A stretch of DNA of 64,000 bases from Eledone cirrhosa (taxonomy: Eukaryota), in NCBI GenBank assembly GCA_964016885.1, contig OZ024745.1, positions 28,396,001-28,460,000 on the forward strand, written 5' to 3'. A program made the translations under genes and the position numbers. Of this stretch, positions 55,271 to 64,000 are shown one piece after another (within the stretch, counting starts at the first letter, position 1; every line of letters starts with the position of its first letter). The notes under the pieces are model-generated. The model worked only from the letters and a program-made list of their open reading frames with translations, was not told where the DNA came from and did no database searches.

Positions 55271-55350
55271 ATTGTTTTGTCTGACGAACGAGCTGGATGT
55301 CTTCTTGCAAGAATCCTCTAGTCTCTTGAAACCTTTGGTAATGAAATAAT
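55271..55350 (+). ncRNA. Type I hammerhead motif standing alone between microsatellites
   Basis: auuguuuugu CUGACGA [extended stem II] GAAA cc-uuu-gg UA augaaauaau; 10-bp stem I including GU pairs. Confidence 0.7.
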
Positions 55351-55381
55351 TATATTGTGTTGTTTATTATGTAATACATAC

Positions 55382-55420
<39 letters not shown>

Positions 55421-56377
55421 CCTGTGTTGTGAGAGGTGTTTCCTAATTGGTACATGGGTCTTTGATTGATTCGCTCCAATCAGCAAAAACGTGGTGTAAT
55501 ATGGAAACAGCACACGATGTCATGGATGGTGCATGGTGGATATAAATACATAAAGAAGGCAATACGAAGGCTAGATTTTTATGCTTTTTTTGTGACGCAA
55601 TTAGCCATAATACGTATTTCTGTTGTGAACTGGATACGTCATGATACCGCGACGCAATCCATGACACGGCGTCTTCAGATGGATCATTAGGTTATCCATT
55701 TGTAAGGCACTGTAATGTATTGATATGGAGACTGAGCTACGTTTGATATTCCGAAGGCCTGTCTATATGAGTTTATAGTTAATTTTACAGTGTGTGTGTT
55801 GGTAGGCGTGGTCTCCGTCTGCAATTCGATTTACAGAATTTACGACACTACTCCGTATTTCTTTTAAACTTGCATTCATATTACCTAGCAATTTTTTTCC
55901 TTCTGACTTTCCATACTTTTCACCTGAATCTCCCTCCTTCTTTGGCCATCTATTCTTTCTTTCACCTCGCGTCGCTGAACAGATTAGTACGAGATTTGTT
56001 CGTTCGTTAGGTCTTAAAACCACATTTCACCTACGTTAGCGGCGTATTTCTTCATATAGTTTCGCCTCTGCTTTCACTTCAACGAGTGGCTGCTTTAATT
56101 CATTTAAAACAGTTTCCAATGTGTGTGTACATATGTGTTCGCTGCAACGTGTTCCATCCCTTATGTATAAGTGCGCAGATATAGCGTCTGACATACATTG
56201 ACTGGTACTTTATCTCATCGACCCCCCCCCCCCCCCACACACACTGTTTCAGAAGGACGAAAAGCAAAGTTAATTTTTGTAGGATTTGATCTCAGAGTGC
56301 AAAGAGCTGGAACAAATACCACAAAACATTCTATCCGATGTTCTGACGACTCTGTCAATTCCTCACTTCATGTGATA

Positions 56378-56943
56378 CTAGCAGTGGTACCCGGCGTTAC
56401 ACGGGATAAAAGTTGGATTTTCCTTGCTCACGGTATGAAGAAGAGACTGACTAATACATAGTTACAATTTCAAGGAAATCGGTCTGACGTAACGCCTCAA
56501 AAAACCCCTAAAAAGCTGAAAAAACGCAGTTTTTCACCTAATGCGGACCTTAGGAGATCAAAAAGTTGAATTTTTATATGCATATTAGTCCCTGAAACAT
56601 AAGTAATACACGTGTAAAGTTTGAAAAAAATCGATTGGGTACTTCTCGAGTTTTAAGGATTCAAACTCACACACACACATCCTCAGGGAAGTGACGTAAT
56701 GCAGACAGTCAGACATACAGACAGATATTATAAGGGCGCGACGTTATAAGTATGTATCTATCTAATCGTCTAATGCAGTCCCTAGGGCATTGAAAATTTG
56801 AAAACTTGTTTGCTCAGAACACTCCCAGAAACATAAGTATTACATGTGTAAAGTTTGAAAAGAGTCGGTTGGGTGGTTCTCGAGTTTTAGGGATTCAAAC
56901 TCACACACACACAGACAGACATCCTCAGTTTTATATATATAGA
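56378..56943 (-). mobile_element. Non-autonomous Helitron
   Basis: 5' TCtatatatataaaactgagg; canonical 3' end cccg-tgtaacgc-cggg..CTAG|T. Confidence 0.8.
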
Positions 56944-57482
56944 CTAGCAGAAAACCACCCGGTGGGCGGTTTTCTGCTAGCAAATCTAATGTATATACTG
57001 ATATTGTTGAGATTTGGATGAGAAATGTTTTCGGCACCACATGTTCACCGTCTCTCGGTGTGTCTTTTATGCATGTATAAATATATATGTTATCTATACG
57101 GTGAAATCTTTGAAATAAATATATGTTAAAACGAAAAAGGAGAAAAAGAGATTAGTGACGGAAATATAAACGTTATGATACATAAACCTTATGATATAAC
57201 GATGGAAATATATCTTCAAATGGTCCTTGGCATGGTGTCAAGTCAGAACCGCCTCGAACTGGTTACTTCTGGCTTGTGCAAGGTGTCTCTATAGCAACCA
57301 GCGATTCCCTCGGCATCAGTGACCAAAGTCAGTGGAGAGGGGAAGGTAATGTTTCTATAGCGACAGTGTTTCTCTTGGTAGTACCAAAGTGGAGAAAGGA
57401 AGGGGAAGGTAATATTTCTGTAGCACCTACATTTGAGTTTTAGGGAAGGACAGACAAACAGAGAAATGCCCATATATTTCTG

Positions 57483-57529
<47 letters not shown>

Positions 57530-57555
57530 CACACACAGAAATGTATATATATTTC

Positions 57556-57590
<35 letters not shown>

Positions 57591-58332
57591 TACACACACA
57601 GAAATGTATATATATTTCTGTGTGTATATATATTTCTGTGTGTGTATATATATATATATTACACACACTGATATGTATATATATTTCTGTGTGTATGTAT
57701 ATATATTACACACACAGAAATGTATATATATCTTAGAACAAAATTATTATTAATGTTTTGCTGTTCATAATAATTGGAATTGAAAAATTACTTTTGAAAT
57801 TATTAGTTATTTTACTAATGCTTAGATATGTAAAAATGAAGCAATGTTTCTAATAATTGTTTCTACTTTTGGCACAAGGCCAGCAAATACCCAGTACATT
57901 ACTGGTACTTTATTTTATCGACCCCGTGAGGATGAAAGGCAAAGTTAACCTCGGCGGTATTTGAACTCAGACCGTAAAGGGACGTAACTCCATGCTATGA
58001 AGCATGGTGTCCGACTCTCTACAGATTCTGCCAATCCACCGCCCTAATGTCTGTACGTAATGAGGGAGTGAGAGGGGAGAGAAAGAAAGGCAGAGGTGAA
58101 GTGACGAAGTGACTCTCTCCTCCTCCTCCTCCTCCTCCATCTCCCCATTCGTCACAGCGATAGAGGGGAGGAATGTTAGTGTGTTACAAAGAGAAAGAGT
58201 GAGAGTGAGAGAAACAGACAGACTAAAAGAGAGGGATAGCTGGAGAGAGAGAGAGATAGCAACCACGCGCGCACGTGTTTCCACTGTCGGACAGACAGAC
58301 AGAGAAATTGCTGGTTATATATTATAAGGAGA
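56944..58332 (-). mobile_element. Composite Helitron (SINE inserted at about 57850-58045), head-to-tail with the previous element
   Basis: A|TCtccttataat 5' end at 58332; segments homologous to 1710-1841 and 3340-3500; ends in the 37-bp CTAG palindrome. Confidence 0.6.
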
Positions 58333-58395
58333 TTATATATATACCTACATCGTACATATCGTATCGAACGGACAATTGAATGAAACATTCATTAA

Positions 58396-58603
58396 CCCTT
58401 TAACATTTACATTACTCTATATTTACTATTGTATTTTTGTGGTAAAGGCTTTATCTCACATAATATCGAAGCTACGAGATTTCGATGTTATTTATTTTGA
58501 GAACAATACTTTAATATCAGTATGAGTAGCCGGTTACAGCGAGTTTGAACAGAAAGGGGTGAGAAAATTCTAGCCGGATACAGCCGGTTTAAATGCTAAA
58601 GGG
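58396..58603. mobile_element. piggyBac-like MITE
   Basis: TTAA on both sides; TIRs ccctttaacattta / taaatgctaaaggg. Confidence 0.75.
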
Positions 58604-58743
58604 TTAAAGATCTGTACATCATGATGGGAAGACGTAACCAAGCATACGACGGACACCATGACTACACGCTTATGTACATATATGATGGCAGACGCGACGA
58701 CACATATGTACACACATAACGTACTAACATTACAGAAAACATA

Positions 58744-58929
58744 TGCGGTGGATTGCCAGTATCGGTAGAGGGTCGGGTGCCATGCTTTGAAGCATAGAGT
58801 TACCTGCCTTTATGATCTGAGTTCAAATCCTGCCGAGGTTAACTTTTCCTTTCATCCTTACGGGGTCGATAAAATAAAGTACCAGTATGCACTGGGACAA
58901 TTGCTGGCCTTGTGCCTAAAGTAGAAACA
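58744..58929 (+). mobile_element. Meta-type SINE
   Basis: 15-bp TSD attacagaaaacata at 58729 and 58930. Confidence 0.85.
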
Positions 58930-59184
58930 ATTACAGAAAACATAACTCACATACATATGTACACACATGACGGACGTCATATCTGTCACATACACACACA
59001 GGAAGGAACACATACTGTATGTAAACATATACACACATGACAGAACACATATGTACACATACACACATATAACGTACGACGTGTGGTCGCACATATATAT
59101 ATATATATACACACATATATATATATATATACACAAACGACGGAAATTGTAGCCGCGCACATCATGAACAACATTGCCTGCACA

Positions 59185-61100
59185 CATACACACACATATG
59201 ACCGCCTACAGACATATATACACACATATGACCGCCTACAGACATATATATACACACATATGACCGCCTACACACATACATACACACATATGACCGCGTA
59301 CAGACATATATACACACATATGACCGCCTACAGACATATATACACACATATGACCGCCTACACACATACATACACACATATGACCGCCTACAGACATATA
59401 TACACACATATGACCGCCTACAGACATATATACACACATATGACCGCCTACAGACATATATACACACATATGACCGCCTACACACATATATATACACACA
59501 TATGACCGCCTACACACATACATACACACATATGACCGCCTACAGACATATATACACACATATGACCGCATACAGACATATATACACACATATAACCGCC
59601 TACACACACATACATACATATGACCGCCTACAGACATACATACACACATATGACCGCCTACACACATACTTACACATATGACCGCCTACACACATATATA
59701 CACACGTATGACCGCCTACAGACATATATACACACATATGACCGCATACAGACATACACACATATGACCGCATACATACATACACACATATGACCGCATA
59801 CAGACATACACACATATGACCGCATACACACATATATACACACATATGACCGCCTACACACATATATACACACATATGACCGCCTACACACATACATACA
59901 TACATATGACCGCCTACACACATATATACACACATATGACCGCCTACACACATATATACACGTATGACCGCCTACACATATGACCGCCTACACACACATA
60001 CATACATATGACCGCCTACACACATATGAACGCCTACACACATACATACACACATATGACCGCCTACACACATATTAACGCCTACACACATACATACACA
60101 CATATGACCGCCTACACACATACACACATATGACCGCCTACACACATACATACACACATATGACCGCCTACACACATACTAACACATATGACCGCCTACA
60201 CACATATATACACACATATGACCGCCTACACACACATATACACACATGTGGCCGCCTACACACATACATACACACATATGACCGTCTACACACATACATA
60301 CACACATATGACCGCCTACACACATATATATACACATATGACCGCCTACACACATATATACACACATATGACCGCCTACACACATACATACACACATATG
60401 ACCGCCTACACACACATACATACACACCTATGACCGCCTACACACATACACACACATATGACCGCCTACACATATATACACACATACATACACACATATG
60501 ACCGCCTACACACATATATACACACATATGACCGCCTACACACACATACATACATATGACCGCCTACACACATATGACCGCCTACACACATACATACACA
60601 CATATGACCGCCTACACATATACACACACATATGACCGCCTACACACATATATACACACATATGACCGCCTACACACACATACATACACACATATGACCG
60701 CCTACACACATACATATACACACCTATGACCGCCTACACACATACACACATATGACCGCCTACACATATATACACACATACATACACACATATGACCGCC
60801 TACACACATATACACATATGACCGCCTACACACATATATACACACACATATGACCGTCTACACACATACATACACATATGACCGCCTACACACACATATA
60901 CACACATGTGGCCGCCTACACACATATGGCCGTCTACACACATACATACATACACACATATGACCGCCTACACACATACATACACACATATAACCGCCTA
61001 CACACATACACACATATAACCGCCTACACACATATACACACATATGACCACCTACACACATATACAGACATATGACCGCCTACACACATACACACACACA
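59185..61100 (+). repeat. ~30-bp minisatellite with a constant atgaccgcctac core and variable CA/TA linker
   Basis: More than 60 units visible. Confidence 0.95.
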
Positions 61101-61908
61101 TGATGGACGCCATGACCAAAAAATATGCCTAAAGTCTATCCCAAGCCTGGGAGCTCGTTAGGCTGGTGCTTATTTTGGTTTTCTTGGTGTCAAGCGACTA
61201 AGAGTACAAGACCTCTCCTGGACATGACGCCAATCCATTGTAGGGTTAACTCCCAATAACTACCGGTACTCATTTTCAGCAGAGTGTACTGAAACAACGT
61301 GAAAGTGTTTTGCTCAAGAACACAACATAGAACCCGGTCCAGGAATCGAACCCACAACATCCTAACCACTAGGCTACGAGCCTAGAAAATAGTTAATAAG
61401 TTAAAATCTGCCTTAAGCCTGTCGGCTCATTTGACCATGAAAGAAATTGTTTTGCTCAAGAAAATAACACACAATCCGGTCCAGGAATCGAACCTACTAC
61501 ACTATAATCGTAATTTCAACAGCCAAACGCTCTAACCATTCGTCCACGCACATAGAGTGTAAGGCAAAGAAGAAAAGAAAAACATTTCAAAAACAACGGC
61601 AGCCATGTTTTTATGTGTTTTTAATACATAGCTCCTAATAATATTCCGGCTACGAGAAAGCAGAGCAGCATGGTAAAATATGTTTTATTAATCAAAGTAG
61701 TGACTACAATACCGTGGAACTATTTCATTCGTTAAATATTTCCAGGACTTCAATGCGACGTCGCAGTGAATCCCGTTGACCAATTTTCTCGTTGCTTTTG
61801 TTGTGCGCTATAACGTATTTAATCTCTTCACATGGCTGCGCATGTGTCAGGTGCCGTCAACAATGGCTCTTTTCACTACCACGGCTCATTTCACTTCGTT
61901 TTCCACTC

Positions 61909-62130
61909 ACAAACCACCTTCATTACACACGCACGTACACACGCAAACATCTGTATACATACACACACACATACACAAACCACCTTCATTACACACGCAC
62001 GTACACACGCAAACATCTGTATACATACACACACACATTCACAAACCACCTTCATTACACACGCACGTACACACGCAAACATCTGTATACATACACACAC
62101 ACATACACAAACCACCTTCATTACACACGC
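61909..62130 (+). repeat. 66-bp tandem repeat (x3)
   Basis: acaaaccaccttcattacacacgcacg units. Confidence 0.85.
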
Positions 62131-62506
62131 AAGTGCACACAGTTACACACACACAAATATCTGCATACACATACGCACGCACACGTAAACCACCTTATTT
62201 ACACACACGTACACACAGAAATATCTGCATACATACAAGCACACATATACACAAGCCCCCTTCATTACACACGCACACACACACAGACCACCGTCATTAA
62301 ACACACACATACGTACACAAACACATATACGTACACAAACACACACATACACACATACACACATACACATACATACACACACAAACCACATGCGCATGCA
62401 TAAACCACCTTCGTTACACACACATACACGCACAGGAACACGTTAACACATATACACATACTTTCACACGTGCACATACCTAAACACATACACACAAACC
62501 AATCTC

Positions 62507-62591
<85 letters not shown>

Positions 62592-62924
62592 GAACGTACA
62601 CAAACACATAACCTTCATAACACAAAAGTTACATACATAATACACACCTGCACACATACACATGTTGCACACACACATACATACAGAGACAAACTTACAC
62701 ATGTATACACACATAGCCGCGAGCAAACACACACACATAGACACAAACTTACACACACACACATAGACAAACACACACACACATAGACAAACACATATAC
62801 ACGCATTTTTCTCGTTTTGTTTCCGAATTCTTCTTCTTCTTCTTCTTCTTCTTCTTCTTCTTCTTCTTCTTCTTCTTCTCATCCTCTCACTTTCTCGCTC
62901 CCCCCCCAACACTCACTAGATCAA

Positions 62925-64000
62925 TATCACCACCATTATCACCACCCAACACCACAACCACCACCACAACAACCTCCCAATATCACCACAACCACCACCA
63001 CTGCCATCACCACCACGATTACCATCACTAACACCACCACCACCACTGCCATCACAAACACCACCACCACCAACACTAACACCACCACCACCAGCACCAC
63101 TACCACCACCACCATCACCATCACTAACACCACCATTGCCATCACTAACACCACCACCACCACTGCCATCACAAACACTACCACCACCAACACTAACACC
63201 ACCACCACCACCACCACAATCACCATCACTAACACCACCACTGCCATCACTAACACCACCACCACCACTGCCATCACAAACACTACCACCACCAACACTA
63301 ACACCACCACCACCACCACCACCACCATCACCATCACTAACACCACCACTGCCATCACTAACACGACCACCACCACTGCCATCACTAACATCACCACCAC
63401 TACCATCACTAACACCACCACCACTACCATCACTAACACCACCACCACCACCACCACTACCAATACCATCACTAACACCATCACCACCAATATCTTCACT
63501 AACACCACCACCACCAGCAACATTACCATCACTAACACCACCACTACAATCACTAACACCACCACCACTACCATCACTAACACCACCACCACTACAATCA
63601 CTAACACCACCACCATTACCATACCTAACACCATCACCACCACCACCATCACTAACACCGCCACCACCACTACCATCACTAACACTACCACCACTAGCAT
63701 CAGCAACACCACCACTACCATCAGTAACACCACCACCACCACTACCACCACTAACACTACCACCACTAAAACACCACCACTGCCATCACTAACACCACCA
63801 CCACCACTACCATCACTAACACCACCACCACTAAAATCACTAACACCACCACTACCATTACCATACCTAACACCATCACCACCACCACCATCACTAACAC
63901 CGCCACCACTACCATCAGCAACACCACCACCACTACTATCAGTAACACCACCACCACCACCACCACTACCACCACTAACACCATCACCACTACCATCAGT
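62925..64000. repeat. Degenerate (ACC)n-based minisatellite
   Basis: ccatcactaacaccaccacc units. Confidence 0.9.

Noticed and set aside
59185-61100. CRISPR-like repeat-spacer appearance
   Set aside because: Spacers are related CA/TA microsatellite, the repeat is only 12 bp, there are no cas genes and the context is eukaryotic
62939-63996. Pro-rich (SLTPPP) mucin- or extensin-like ORF
   Set aside because: Degenerate (ACC)n minisatellite with no splice or domain context

Overview
Eukaryotic, AT-rich, microsatellite-saturated DNA with no intact host gene. The SINE types and repeat landscape suggest a cephalopod (Octopus-like) intron or intergenic region; this is inference. Nearly all listed ORFs are microsatellite artefacts. 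The recognisable coding relics all come from transposons: a Penelope-like element (RT + GIY-YIG, minus strand, 34.9-37.3 kb, interrupted by a SINE with an 18-bp TSD), RTE LINE fragments, and three CRE-type restriction-like endonuclease tails. Also present are non-autonomous Helitrons in head-to-tail stacks, hAT/TcMar/piggyBac MITEs, two tRNA-derived SINE families and several minisatellites. The main signal is a dense set of predicted self-cleaving RNAs. By eye I find nine type I hammerhead motifs with a complete core, from several sequence families, plus about six decayed ones. Most lie in small islands bounded by microsatellites, often inside fold-back duplications, and one is in a 316-nt retrozyme-like monomer. 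There is also an HDV-like fold at the 5' end of an RTE-type UTR, a 44-bp satellite that appears to derive from a CRE endonuclease tail, and a candidate 13-nt microexon. All folds were assigned manually and none has been computed or tested.
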